A stretch of 64,000 nucleotides of DNA from Eledone cirrhosa (taxonomy: Eukaryota): positions 40,114,001 through 40,178,000 of the forward strand of contig OZ024742.1 of NCBI GenBank assembly GCA_964016885.1, written 5' to 3'. Shown one piece after another: positions 13,901 through 28,900 of the stretch (positions within the stretch are counted from its first letter, which is position 1; every line of letters starts with the position of its first letter). The notes under the pieces are model-generated. The model made no database searches, was not told the origin of the DNA, and was given only the letters and a program-made list of their open reading frames with translations. Both the position numbers and the translations under genes were made by a program.

Positions 13901-16900
13901 TAGGTCATATTGATCAGAGCTGATCTGGGGTTAAATATAGCCATGGTAATGACCAGAACTCTAGATAATAGGTCATACTGATCAGAGCTGATCTGAGGTT
14001 AAATATAGCCATGGTCATGACTAAAACTCTAGATCATAGGTCATATTGATCAGAGCTGATCTGGGGTTAAATATAGCCATGGCAATGACCAGAAGTCTAG
14101 ATTATAGGTCATATTGATCAGAGCTGATCTGAGGTTAAATGTAGCCATGGCCTTGACTAAAATTCTAGATCATAGGTCATATTGATCAGAGCTGATCTGA
14201 GGTTAAATATAGCCATGGTCATGACCATAACTCTAGATCATAGGTCATATTGATCAGAGCTGATCTGAGGTTAAATATAGCCATGATCATGACTAGAACT
14301 CTAGATCATAGGTTATATTGATCAGAGCTGATCAGAGGTTAAATATAGCCATGGTCATGACTAAAACTCTAGATTATAGGTCATATTGATCAGAGCTGAT
14401 CTGAGGTTAAATATAGCCATGGTCATGACTAAAACTCTAGATTATAGGTCATATTGATCAGAGCTGATCTGAGGTTAAATATAGTCATGGTCATGACCAG
14501 GACTCTGGATCATAGGTCATATTGATCAGAGCTGATCTGAGGTTAAATATAGCCATGGTCATGACTAGAACTCTAGATAATAGGTCATACTGATCAGAGC
14601 TGATCTGAGGTTAAATATAGCCATGGTCATGACTAGAACTCTAGATCCTAGGTCATACTGATCTGAGCTGATCTGAGATTAAATATAGCCATGGTCATTA
14701 CTAAAACTCTAGATCATAGCTCATATTGATCAGAGCTGATCTGAGGTTAAATATAGCCATGGTCATGACCAGAACTCTAGATCATAGGTCATACTGATCA
14801 GAGCTGATCTGAGGTTAAATATAGACATGGTCATCACTAAAACTCTAGATCATAGGTCATACTGATCTGAGCTGATCTGAGGTTAAATATAGCCATGGTC
14901 ATTACTAAAACTCTAGATCATAGCTCATATTGATCAGAGCTGATCTGAGGTTAAATATAGTCATGGTCATGACCAGAACTCTAGATCATAGGTCATAATG
15001 ATCAAAGCTGATCTGAGGTTAAATATAGCCATGGCCATGACTAGAACTCTAGATCATAGGTCATACTGATCAGAGCTGATCTGAGGTTAAATATAGCCAT
15101 GGTCATGACCAGAACTCTAGATCATAGGTCATCCTGATCAGAACTGATCTGAGGTTAAATATAGCCATGGTCATGACTAAAATTCTAGATCATAGGTTAT
15201 ATTGATCAGAGCTGATCTGAGGTTAAATATAGCCATGGTCATGACTAGAACTCTAGATAATAGGTCATACTGATCAGAGCTGATCTGAGGTTAAATATAG
15301 CCATGGTCATGACTAAAACTCTAGATCATAGGTCATATTGATCAGAGCTGATCTGAGGTTAAATATAGCCATGGTCATGACTAGAACTCTAGATAATAGG
15401 TCATACTGATCAGAGCTGATCTGAGGTTAAATATAGCCATGGTCATGACTAGAACTCTAGATCATAGGTCATACTGATCAGAGCTGATCTGAGGTTAAAT
15501 ATAGCCATGGTCATGATTAGAACTCTAGATCATAGGTCATACTGATCAGAGCTGATCTGAGGTTAATTATAGCCATGGTCATGACTAAAACTCTAGATCA
15601 TAGGTCATATTGATCAGAGCTGATCTGAGGTTAAATATAGTCATGGTCATGACTAAAACTCTAGATCATAGGTCATATTGATCAGAGCTGATCTGGGGTT
15701 AAATATAGCCATGGTAATGACCAGAACTCTAGGTAATAGGTTATACTGATCAGAGCTGATCTGAGGTTAAATATAGCCATGGTCATGACTAAAACTCTAG
15801 ATCATAGGTCATATTGATCAGAGCTGATCTGAGGTTAAATATAGCCATGGTCATGACCAGGAACTCTAGATCATAGGTCATTCTGATCAGAGCTGATCTG
15901 AGGTTAAATATAGCCATGGTCATGACTAAAACTCTAGATCATAGGTCATATTGATCAGAGCTGATCTGAGGTTAAATATAGCCATGGTCATGACTAAAAC
16001 TCTAGATCATAGGTCATATTGATCAGAGCTGATCTGAGGTTAAATATAGTCATGGTCATGACCAGGACTCTGGATCATAGGTCATATTGATCAGAGCTGA
16101 TCTGAGGTTAAATATAGCCATGGTCATGACTAGAACTCTAGATAATAGGTCATACTGATCAGAGCTGATCTGAGGTTAAATATAGCCATGGTCATGACTA
16201 GAACTCTAGATCCTAGGTCATACTGATCTGAGCTGATCTGAGATTAAATATAGCCATGGTCATTACTAAAACTCTAGATCATAGCTCATATTGATCAGAG
16301 CTGATCTGAGGTTAAATATAGCCATGGTCATGACCAGAACTCTAGATCATAGGTCATACTGATCAGAGCTGATCTGAGGTTAATTATAGCCATGGTCATG
16401 ACTAAAACTCTAGATCATAGGTCATATTGATCAGAGCTGATCTGAGGTTAAATATAGTCATGGTCATGACTAAAACTCTAGATCATAGGTCATATTGATC
16501 AGAGCTGATCTGGGGTTAAATATAGCCATGGTAATGACCAGAACTCTAGATAATAGGTCATACTGATCAGAGCTGATCTGAGGTTAAATATAGCCATGGT
16601 CATGACTAAAACTCTAGATCATAGGTCATATTGATCAGAGCTGATCTGGGGTTAAATATAGCCATGGCAATGACCAGAAGTCTAGATTATAGGTCATATT
16701 GATCAGAGCTGATCTGAGGTTAAATGTAGCCATGGCCTTGACTAAAATTCTAGATCATAGGTCATATTGATCAGAGCTGATCTGAGGTTAAATATAGCCA
16801 TGGTCATGACCATAACTCTAGATCATAGGTCATATTGATCAGAGCTGATCTGAGGTTAAATATAGCCATGATCATGACTAGAACTCTAGATCATAGGTTA

Positions 16901-19900
16901 TATTGATCAGAGCTGATCAGAGGTTAAATATAGCCTTGGTCATGACTAAAACTCTAGATTATAGGTCATATTGATCAGAGCTGATCTGAGGTTAAATATA
17001 GCCATGGTCATGACTAAAACTCTAGATTATAGGTCATATTGATCAGAGCTGATCTGAGGTTAAATATAGTCATGGTCATGACCAGGACTCTGGATCATAG
17101 GTCATATTGATCAGAGCTGATCTGAGGTTAAATATAGCCATGGTCATGACTAGAACTCTAGATAATAGGTCATACTGATCAGAGCTGATCTGAGGTTAAA
17201 TATAGCCATGGTCATGACTAGAACTCTAGATCCTAGGTCATACTGATCTGAGCTGATCTGAGATTAAATATAGCCATGGTCATTACTAAAACTCTAGATC
17301 ATAGCTCATATTGATCAGAGCTGATCTGAGGTTAAATATAGCCATGGTCATGACCAGAACTCTAGATCATAGGTCATACTGATCAGAGCTGATCTGAGGT
17401 TAAATATAGACATGGTCATCACTAAAACTCTAGATCATAGGTCATACTGATCTGAGCTGATCTGAGGTTAAATATAGCCATGGTCATTACTAAAACTCTA
17501 GATCATAGCTCATATTGATCAGAGCTGATCTGAGGTTAAATATAGTCATGGTCATGACCAGAACTCTAGATCATAGGTCATAATGATCAAAGCTGATCTG
17601 AGGTTAAATATAGCCATGGCCATGACTAGAACTCTAGATCATAGGTCATACTGATCAGAGCTGATCTGAGGTTAAATATAGCCATGGTCATGACCAGAAC
17701 TCTAGATCATAGGTCATCCTGATCAGAACTGATCTGAGGTTAAATATAGCCATGGTCATGACTAAAATTCTAGATCATAGGTTATATTGATCAGAGCTGA
17801 TCTGAGGTTAAATATAGCCATGGTCATGACTAGAACTCTAGATAATAGGTCATACTGATCAGAGCTGATCTGAGGTTAAATATAGCCATGGTCATGACTA
17901 AAACTCTAGATCATAGGTCATATTGATCAGAGCTGATCTGAGGTTAAATATAGCCATGGTCATGACTAGAACTCTAGATAATAGGTCATACTGATCAGAG
18001 CTGATCTGAGGTTAAATATAGCCATGGTCATGACTGGAACTCTAGATCATAGGTCATACTGATCAGAGCTGATCTGAGGTTAAATATAGCCATGGTCATG
18101 ATTAGAACTCTAGATCATAGGTCATACTGATCAGAGCTGATCTGAGGTTAATTATAGCCATGGTCATGACTAAAACTCTAGATCATAGGTCATATTGATC
18201 AGAGCTGATCTGAGGTTAAATATAGTCATGGTCATGACTAAAACTCTAGATCATAGGTCATATTGATCAGAGCTGATCTGGGGTTAAATATAGCCATGGT
18301 AATGACCAGAACTCTAGGTAATAGGTTATACTGATCAGAGCTGATCTGAGGTTAAATATAGCCATGGTCATGACTAAAACTCTAGATCATAGGTCATATT
18401 GATCAGAGCTGATCTGAGGTTAAATATAGCCATGGTCATGACCAGGAACTCTAGATCATAGGTCATTCTGATCAGAGCTGATCTGAGGTTAAATATAGCC
18501 ATGGTCATGACTAAAACTCTAGATCATAGGTCATATTGATCAGAGCTGATCTGAGGTTAAATATAGCCATGGTCATGACTAAAACTCTAGATCATAGGTC
18601 ATATTGATCAGAGCTGATCTGAGGTTAAATATAGTCATGGTCATGACCAGGACTCTGGATCATAGGTCATATTGATCAGAGCTGATCTGAGGTTAAATAT
18701 AGCCATGGTCATGACTAGAACTCTAGATAATAGGTCATACTGATCAGAGCTGATCTGAGGTTAAATATAGCCATGGTCATGACTAGAACTCTAGATCCTA
18801 GGTCATACTGATCTGAGCTGATCTGAGATTAAATATAGCCATGGTCATTACTAAAACTCTAGATCATAGCTCATATTGATCAGAGCTGATCTGAGGTTAA
18901 ATATAGCCATGGTCATGACCAGAACTCTAGATCATAGGTCATACTGATCAGAGCTGATCTGAGGTTAATTATAGCCATGGTCATGACTAAAACTCTAGAT
19001 CATAGGTCATATTGATCAGAGCTGATCTGAGGTTAAATATAGTCATGGTCATGACTAAAACTCTAGATCATAGGTCATATTGATCAGAGCTGATCTGGGG
19101 TTAAATATAGCCATGGTAATGACCAGAACTCTAGATAATAGGTCATACTGATCAGAGCTGATCTGAGGTTAAATATAGCCATGGTCATGACTAAAACTCT
19201 AGATCATAGGTCATATTGATCAGAGCTGATCTGGGGTTAAATATAGCCATGGCAATGACCAGAAGTCTAGATTATAGGTCATATTGATCAGAGCTGATCT
19301 GAGGTTAAATGTAGCCATGGCCTTGACTAAAATTCTAGATCATAGGTCATATTGATCAGAGCTGATCTGAGGTTAAATATAGCCATGGTCATGACCATAA
19401 CTCTAGATCATAGGTCATATTGATCAGAGCTGATCTGAGGTTAAATATAGCCATGATCATGACTAGAACTCTAGATCATAGGTTATATTGATCAGAGCTG
19501 ATCAGAGGTTAAATATAGCCATGGTCATGACTAAAACTCTAGATTATAGGTCATATTGATCAGAGCTGATCTGAGGTTAAATATAGCCATGGTCATGACT
19601 AAAACTCTAGATTATAGGTCATATTGATCAGAGCTGATCTGAGGTTAAATATAGTCATGGTCATGACCAGGACTCTGGATCATAGGTCATATTGATCAGA
19701 GCTGATCTGAGGTTAAATATAGCCATGGTCATGACTAGAACTCTAGATAATAGGTCATACTGATCAGAGCTGATCTGAGGTTAAATATAGCCATGGTCAT
19801 GACTAGAACTCTAGATCCTAGGTCATACTGATCTGAGCTGATCTGAGATTAAATATAGCCATGGTCATTACTAAAACTCTAGATCATAGCTCATATTGAT

Positions 19901-22900
19901 CAGAGCTGATCTGAGGTTAAATATAGCCATGGTCATGACCAGAACTCTAGATCATAGGTCATACTGATCAGATCTGATCTGAGGTTAAATATAGACATGG
20001 TCATCACTAAAACTCTAGATCATAGGTCATACTGATCTGAGCTGATCTGAGGTTAAATATAGCCATGGTCATTACTAAAACTCTAGATCATAGCTCATAT
20101 TGATCAGAGCTGATCTGAGGTTAAATATAGTCATGGTCATGACCAGAACTCTAGATCATAGGTCATAATGATCAAAGCTGATCTGAGGTTAAATATAGCC
20201 ATGGCCATGACTAGAACTCTAGATCATAGGTCATACTGATCAGAGCTGATCTGAGGTTAAATATAGCCATGGTCATGACCAGAACTCTAGATCATAGGTC
20301 ATCCTGATCAGAACTGATCTGAGGTTAAATATAGCCATGGTCATGACTAAAATTCTAGATCATAGGTTATATTGATCAGAGCTGATCTGAGGTTAAATAT
20401 AGCCATGGTCATGACTAGAACTCTAGATAATAGGTCATACTGATCAGAGCTGATCTGAGGTTAAATATAGCCATGGTCATGACTAAAACTCTAGATCATA
20501 GGTCATATTGATCAGAGCTGATCTGAGGTTAAATATAGCCATGGTCATGACTAGAACTCTAGATAATAGGTCATACTGATCAGAGCTGATCTGAGGTTAA
20601 ATATAGCCATGGTCATGACTAGAACTCTAGATCATAGGTCATACTGATCAGAGCTGATCTGAGGTTAAATATAGCCATGGTCATGATTAGAACTCTAGAT
20701 CATAGGTCATACTGATCAGAGCTGATCTGAGGTTAATTATAGCCATGGTCATGACTAAAACTCTAGATCATAGGTCATATTGATCAGAGCTGATCTGAGG
20801 TTAAATATAGTCATGGTCATGACTAAAACTCTAGATCATAGGTCATATTGATCAGTGCTGATCTGGGGTTAAATATAGCCATGGTAATGACCAGAACTCT
20901 AGGTAATAGGTTATACTGATCAGAGCTGATCTGAGGTTAAATATAGCCATGGTCATGACTAAAACTCTAGATCATAGGTCATATTGATCAGAGCTGATCT
21001 GAGGTTAAATATAGCCATGGTCATGACCAGGAACTCTAGATCATAGGTCATTCTGATCAGAGCTGATCTGAGGTTAAATATAGCCATGGTCATGACTAAA
21101 ACTCTAGATCATAGGTCATATTGATCAGAGCTGATCTGAGGTTAAATATAGCCATGGTCATGACTAAAACTCTAGATCATAGGTCATATTGATCAGAGCT
21201 GATCTGAGGTTAAATATAGTCATGGTCATGACCAGGACTCTGGATCATAGGTCATATTGATCAGAGCTGATCTGAGGTTAAATATAGCCATGGTCATGAC
21301 TAGAACTCTAGATAATAGGTCATACTGATCAGAGCTGATCTGAGGTTAAATATAGCCATGGTCATGACTAGAACTCTAGATCCTAGGTCATACTGATCTG
21401 AGCTGATCTGAGATTAAATATAGCCATGGTCATTACTAAAACTCTAGATCATAGCTCATATTGATCAGAGCTGATCTGAGGTTAAATATAGCCATGGTCA
21501 TGACCAGAACTCTAGATCATAGGTCATACTGATCAGAGCTGATCTGAGGTTAAATATAGACATGGTCATCACTAAAACTCTAGATCATAGGTCATACTGA
21601 TCAGAGCTGATCTGAGGTTAAATATAGCCATGGTCATGACCAAAACTCTAGATCATAGGTCATCCTGATCAGAACTGATCTGAGGTTAAATATAGCCATG
21701 GTCATGACTAAAATTCTAGATCATAGGTTATATTGATCAGAGCTGATCTGAGGTTAAATATAGTCATGGTCATGACCAGGACTCTAGATCATAGCTCATA
21801 TTGATCAGAGCTGATCTGAGGTTGAATATAGCCATGGTCATGACTAGAACTCTAGATCATAGGTCATACTGATCAGAGCTGATATGAGGTTAATTATAGC
21901 CATGGTCATGACTAAAACTCTAGATCATAGGTCATATTGATCAGAGCTGATCTGAGGTTAAATATAGTCATGGTCATGACTAAAACTCTAGATCATAGGT
22001 CATATTGATCAGAGCTGATCTGGGGTTAAATATAGCCATGGTAATGACCAGAACTCTAGATAATAGGTCATACTGATCAGAGCTGATCTGAGGTTAAATA
22101 TAGCCATGGTCATGACTAAAACTCTAGATCATAGGTCATATTTATCAGAGCTGATCTGAGGTTAAATATAGCCATGGTCATGACCAGGAACTCTAGATCA
22201 TAGGTCATTCTGATCAGAGCTGATCTGAGGTTAAATATAGCCATGGTCATGACTAAAACTCTAGATCATAGGTCATATTGATCAGAGCTGATCTGAGGTT
22301 AAATATAGCCATGGTCATGCCTAAAACTCTAGATCATAGGTCATATTGATCAGAGCTGATCTGAGGTTAAATATAGCCATGGTCATGACCATAACTCTAG
22401 ATCATAGGTCATATTGATCAGAGCTGATCTGAGGTTAAATATAGCCATGATCATGACTAGGACTCTAGATCATAGGTTATATTGATCAGAGCTGATCTGA
22501 GGTTAAATATAGCCATGGTCATGACTAAAACTCTAGATTATAGGTCATATTGATCAGAGCTGATCTGAGGTTAAATATAGCCATGGTCATGACTAAAACT
22601 CTAGATTATAGGTCATATTGATCAGAGCTGATCTGAGGTTAAATATAGTCATGGTCATGACCAGGACTCTGGATCATAGGTCATATTGATCAGAGCTGAT
22701 CTGAGGTTAAATATAGCCATGGTCATGACTAGAACTCTAGATAATAGGTCATACTGATCAGAGCTGATCTGAGGTTAAATATAGCCATGGTCATGACTAG
22801 AACTCTAGATCCTAGGTCATACTGATCTGAGCTGATCTGAGATTAAATATAGCCATGGTCATTACTAAAACTCTAGATCATAGCTCATATTGATCAGAGC

Positions 22901-25900
22901 TGATCTGAGGTTAAATATAGCCATGGTCATGACCAGAACTCTAGATCATAGGTCATACTGATCAGAGCTGATCTGAGGTTAAATATAGACATGGTCATCA
23001 CTAAAACTCTAGATCATAGGTCATACTGATCTGAGCTGATCTGAGGTTAAATATAGCCATGGTCATTACTAAAACTCTAGATCATAGGTCATATTGATCA
23101 GAGCTGATCTGAGGTTAAATATAGTCATGGTCATGACCAGAACTCTAGATCATAGGTCATCCTGATCAGAACTGATCTGAGGTTAAATATAGCCATGGTC
23201 ATGACTAAAATTCTAGATCATAGGTTATATTGATCAGAGCTGATCTGAGGTTAAATATAGTCATGGTCATGACTAAAACTCTAGATCATAGCTCATATTG
23301 ATCAGAGCTGATCTGAGGTTAAATATAGCCATGGTCATGACTAGAACTCTAGATAATAGGTCATACTGATCAGAGCTGATCTGAGGTTAAATATAGCCAT
23401 GGTCATGACTAGAACTCTAGATCATAGGTCATACTGATCAGAGCTGATCTGAGGTTAAATATAGCCATGGTCATGATTAGAACTCTAGATCATAGGTCAT
23501 ACTGATAAGAGCTGATCTGAGGTTAATTATAGCCATGGTCATGACTAAAATTCTAGATCATAGGTCATATTGATCAGAGCTGATCTGAGGTTAAATATAA
23601 TCATGGTCATGACTAAAACTCTAGATCATAGGTCATATTGATCAGAGCTGATCTGGGGTTAAATATAGCCATGGTAATGACCAGAACTCTAGATCATAGG
23701 TCATATTGATCAGAGCTGATCTGAGGTTAAATATAGCCATGGTCATGACTAAAACTCTAGATCATAGGTCATATTGATCAGAGCTGATCTGAGGTTAAAT
23801 ATAGCCATGGTCATGACTAGAACTCTAGATCATAGGTCATACTGATCAGAGCTGATCTGAGGTTAAATATAGCCATGGTCATGACTAAAACTCTAGATCA
23901 TAGCTCATATTGATCAGAGCTGATCTGAGGTTAAATATAGCCATGATCATGACTAGAACTCTAGATCATAGGTTATATTGATCAGAGATGATCTGAGGTT
24001 AAATATAGCCATGGTCATGACTAAAACTCTAGATTATAGGTCATATTGATCAGAGCTGATCTGAGGTTAAATATAGCCATGGTCATGACTAAAACTCTAG
24101 ATTATAGGTCATATTGATCAGAGCTGATCTGAGGTTAAATATAGTCATGGTCATGACCAGGACTCTGGATCATAGGTCATATTGATCAGAGCTGATCTGA
24201 GGTTAAATATAGCCATGGTCATGACTAGAACTCTAGATAATAGGTCATACTGATCAGAGTTGATCTGAGGTTAAATATAGCCATGGTCATGACTAGATCT
24301 CTAGATCCTAGGTCATACTGATCTGAGCTGATCTGAGATTAAATATAGCCATGGTCATTACTAAAACTCTAGATCATAGCTCATATTGATCAGAGCTGAT
24401 CTGAGGTTAAATATAGCCATGGTCATGACCAGAACTCTAGATCATAGGTCATACTGATCAGAGCTGATCTGAGGTTAAATATAGACATGGTCATCACTAA
24501 AACTCTAGATCATAGGTCATACTGATCTGAGCTGATCTGAGGTTAAATATAGCCATGGTCATTACTAAAACTCTAGATCATAGCTCATATTGATCAGAGC
24601 TGATCTGAGGTTAAATATAGTCATGGTCATGACCAGAACTCTAGATCATAGGTCATATTGATCAGAGCTGATCTGAGGTTAAATATAGCCATGATCATGA
24701 CTATAACTCTAGATCATAGGTTATATTGATCAGAGATGATCTGAGGTTAAATATAGCCATGGTCATGACTAAAACTCTAGATTATAGGTCATATTGATCA
24801 GAGCTGATCTGAGGTTAAATATAGCCATGGTCATGACTAAAACTCTAGATTATAGGTCATATTGATCAGAGCTGATCTGAGGTTAAATATAGTCATGGTC
24901 ATGACCAGGACTCTGGATCATAGGTCATATTGATCAGAGCTGATCTGAGGTTAAATATAGCCATGGTCATGACTAGAACTCTAGATAATAGGTCATACTG
25001 ATCAGAGCTGATCTGAGGTTAAATATAGCCATGGTCATGACTAGAACTCTAGATCCTAGGTCATACTGATCTGAGCTGATCTGAGATTAAATATAACCAT
25101 GGTCATTACTAAAACTCTAGATCATAGCTCATATTGATCAGAGCTGATCTGAGGTTAAATATAGCCATGGTCATGACCAGAACTCTAGATCATAGATCAT
25201 ACTGATCAGAGCTGATCTGATGTTAAATATAGACATGGTCATCACTAAAACTCTAGATCATAGGTCATACTGATCTGAGCTGATCTGAGGTTAAATATAG
25301 CCATGGTCATTACTAAAACTCTAGATCATAGCTCATATTGATCAGAGCTGATCTGAGGTTAAATATAGTCATGGTCATAACCAGAACTCTAGATCATAGG
25401 TCATAATGATCAAAGCTGATCTGAGGTTAAATATAGCCATGGCCATGACTAGAACTCTAGATCATAGGTCATACTGATCAGAGCTGATCTGAGGTTAAAT
25501 ATAGCCATGGTCTTGACCAGAACTCTAGATCATAGGTCATCCTGATCAGAACTGATCTGAGGTTAAATATAGCCATGGTCATGACTAAAATTCTAGATCA
25601 TAGGTTATATTGATCAGAGCTGATCTGAGGTTAAATATAGTCATGGTCATGACTAAAACTCTAGATTATAGGTCATACTGATCAGAGCTGATCTGAGGTT
25701 AAATATAGCCATGGTCATGACTAGAACTCTAGATCATAGGTCATACTGATCTGAGGTTAAATATAGTCATGGTCATGACTAAAACTCTAGATCATAGGTC
25801 ATATTTATCAGAGCTGATCTGGGGTTAAATATAGCCATGGTCATGACCAGAACTGTAGATCATAGGTCATATTGATCAGAGCTGATCTGAGGTTAAATAT

Positions 25901-28900
25901 AGCCATGGTCATGACTAAAATTCTAGATCATAGGTCATATTGATCAGAGCTGATCTGAGGTTAAATATAGTCATGGTCATGACTAAAACTCTAGATCATA
26001 GGTCATATTGATCAGAGCTGATCTGAGGTTAAATATAGCCATGGTCATGACTAAAACTCTAGATTATAGGTCATATTGATCAGAGCTGATCTGAGGTTAA
26101 ATATAGTCATGGTCATGACCAGGACTCTGGATCATAGGTCATATTGATCAGAGCTGATCTGAGGTTAAATATAGCCATGGTCATGACTAGAACTCTAGAT
26201 AATAGGTCATACTGATCAGAGCTGATCTGAGGTTAAATATAGCCATGGTCATGACTAGAACTCTAGATCCTAGGTCATACTGATCTGAGCTGATCTGAGA
26301 TTAAATATAGCCATGGTCATTACTAAAACTCTAGATCATAGCTCATATTGATCAGAGCTGATCTGAGGTTAAATATAGCCATGGTCATGACCAGAACTCT
26401 AGATCATAGGTCATACTGATCAGAGCTGATCTGAGGTTAAATATAGACATGGTCATCACTAAAACTCTAGATCATAGGTCATACTGATCTGAGCTGATCT
26501 GAGGTTAAATATAGCCATGGTCATTACTAAAACTCTAGATCATAGGTCATATTGATCAGAGCTGATCTGAGGTTAAATATAGTCATGGTCATGACCAGAA
26601 CTCTAGATCATAGGTCATCCTGATCAGAACTGATCTGAGGTTAAATATAGCCATGGTCATGACTAAAATTCTAGATCATAGGTTATATTGATCAGAGCTG
26701 ATCTGAGGTTAAATATAGTCATGGTCATGACTAAAACTCTAGATCATAGCTCATATTGATCAGAGCTGATCTGAGGTTAAATATAGCCATGGTCATGACT
26801 AGAACTCTAGATAATAGGTCATACTGATCAGAGCTGATCTGAGGTTAAATATAGCCATGGTCATGACTAGAACTCTAGATCATAGGTCATACTGATCAGA
26901 GCTGATCTGAGGTTAAATATAGCCATGGTCATGATTAGAACTCTAGATCATAGGTCATACTGATAAGAGCTGATCTGAGGTTAATTATAGCCATGGTCAT
27001 GACTAAAATTCTAGATCATAGGTCATATTGATCAGAGCTGATCTGAGGTTAAATATAATCATGGTCATGACTAAAACTCTAGATCATAGGTCATATTGAT
27101 CAGAGCTGATCTGGGGTTAAATATAGCCATGGTAATGACCAGAACTCTAGATAATAGGTCATACTGATCAGAGCTGATCTGAGGTTAAATATAGCCATGG
27201 TCATGACTAAAACTCTAGATCATAGGTCATATTGATCAGAGCTGATCTGAGGTTAAATATAGCCATGGTCATGACCAGGAACTCTAGATCATAGGTCATT
27301 CTGATCAGAGCTGATCTGAGGTTAAATATAGCCATGGTCATGACTAAAACTCTAGATCATAGGTCATATTGATCAGAGCTGATCTGAGGTTAAATATAGC
27401 CATGGTCATGACTAAAACTCTAGATCATAGGTCATATTGATCAGAGCTGATCTGAGGTTAAATATAGCCATGGTCATGACTAGAACTCTAGATCATAGGT
27501 CATACTGATCAGAGCTGATCTGAGGTTAAATATAGCCATGGTCATGACTAAAACTCTAGATCATAGCTCATATTGATCAGAGCTGATCTGAGGTTAAATA
27601 TAGCCATGATCATGACTAGAACTCTAGATCATAGGTTATATTGATCAGAGATGATCTGAGGTTAAATATAGCCATGGTCATGACTAAAACTCTAGATTAT
27701 AGGTCATATTGATCAGAGCTGATCTGAGGTTAAATATAGCCATGGTCATGACTAAAACTCTAGATTATAGGTCATATTGATCAGAGCTGATCTGAGGTTA
27801 AATATAGTCATGGTCATGACCAGGACTCTGGATCATAGGTCATATTGATCAGAGCTGATCTGAGGTTAAATATAGCCATGGTCATGACTAGAACTCTAGA
27901 TAATAGGTCATACTGATCAGAGTTGATCTGAGGTTAAATATAGCCATGGTCATGACTAGATCTCTAGATCCTAGGTCATACTGATCTGAGCTGATCTGAG
28001 ATTAAATATAGCCATGGTCATTACTAAAACTCTAGATCATAGCTCATATTGATCAGAGCTGATCTGAGGTTAAATATAGCCATGGTCATGACCAGAACTC
28101 TAGATCATAGGTCATACTGATCAGAGCTGATCTGAGGTTAAATATAGACATGGTCATCACTAAAACTCTAGATCATAGGTCATACTGATCTGAGCTGATC
28201 TGAGGTTAAATATAGCCATGGTCATTACTAAAACTCTAGATCATAGCTCATATTGATCAGAGCTGATCTGAGGTTAAATATAGTCATGGTCATGACCAGA
28301 ACTCTAGATCATAGGTCATATTGATCAGAGCTGATCTGAGGTTAAATATAGCCATGATCATGACTATAACTCTAGATCATAGGTTATATTGATCAGAGAT
28401 GATCTGAGGTTAAATATAGCCATGGTCATGACTAAAACTCTAGATTATAGGTCATATTGATCAGAGCTGATCTGAGGTTAAATATAGCCATGGTCATGAC
28501 TAAAACTCTAGATTATAGGTCATATTGATCAGAGCTGATCTGAGGTTAAATATAGTCATGGTCATGACCAGGACTCTGGATCATAGGTCATATTGATCAG
28601 AGCTGATCTGAGGTTAAATATAGCCATGGTCATGACTAGAACTCTAGATAATAGGTCATACTGATCAGAGCTGATCTGAGGTTAAATATAGCCATGGTCA
28701 TGACTAGAACTCTAGATCCTAGGTCATACTGATCTGAGCTGATCTGAGATTAAATATAGCCATGGTCATTACTAAAACTCTAGATCATAGCTCATATTGA
28801 TCAGAGCTGATCTGAGGTTAAATATAGCCATGGTCATGACCAGAACTCTAGATCATAGATCATACTGATCAGAGCTGATCTGATGTTAAATATAGACATG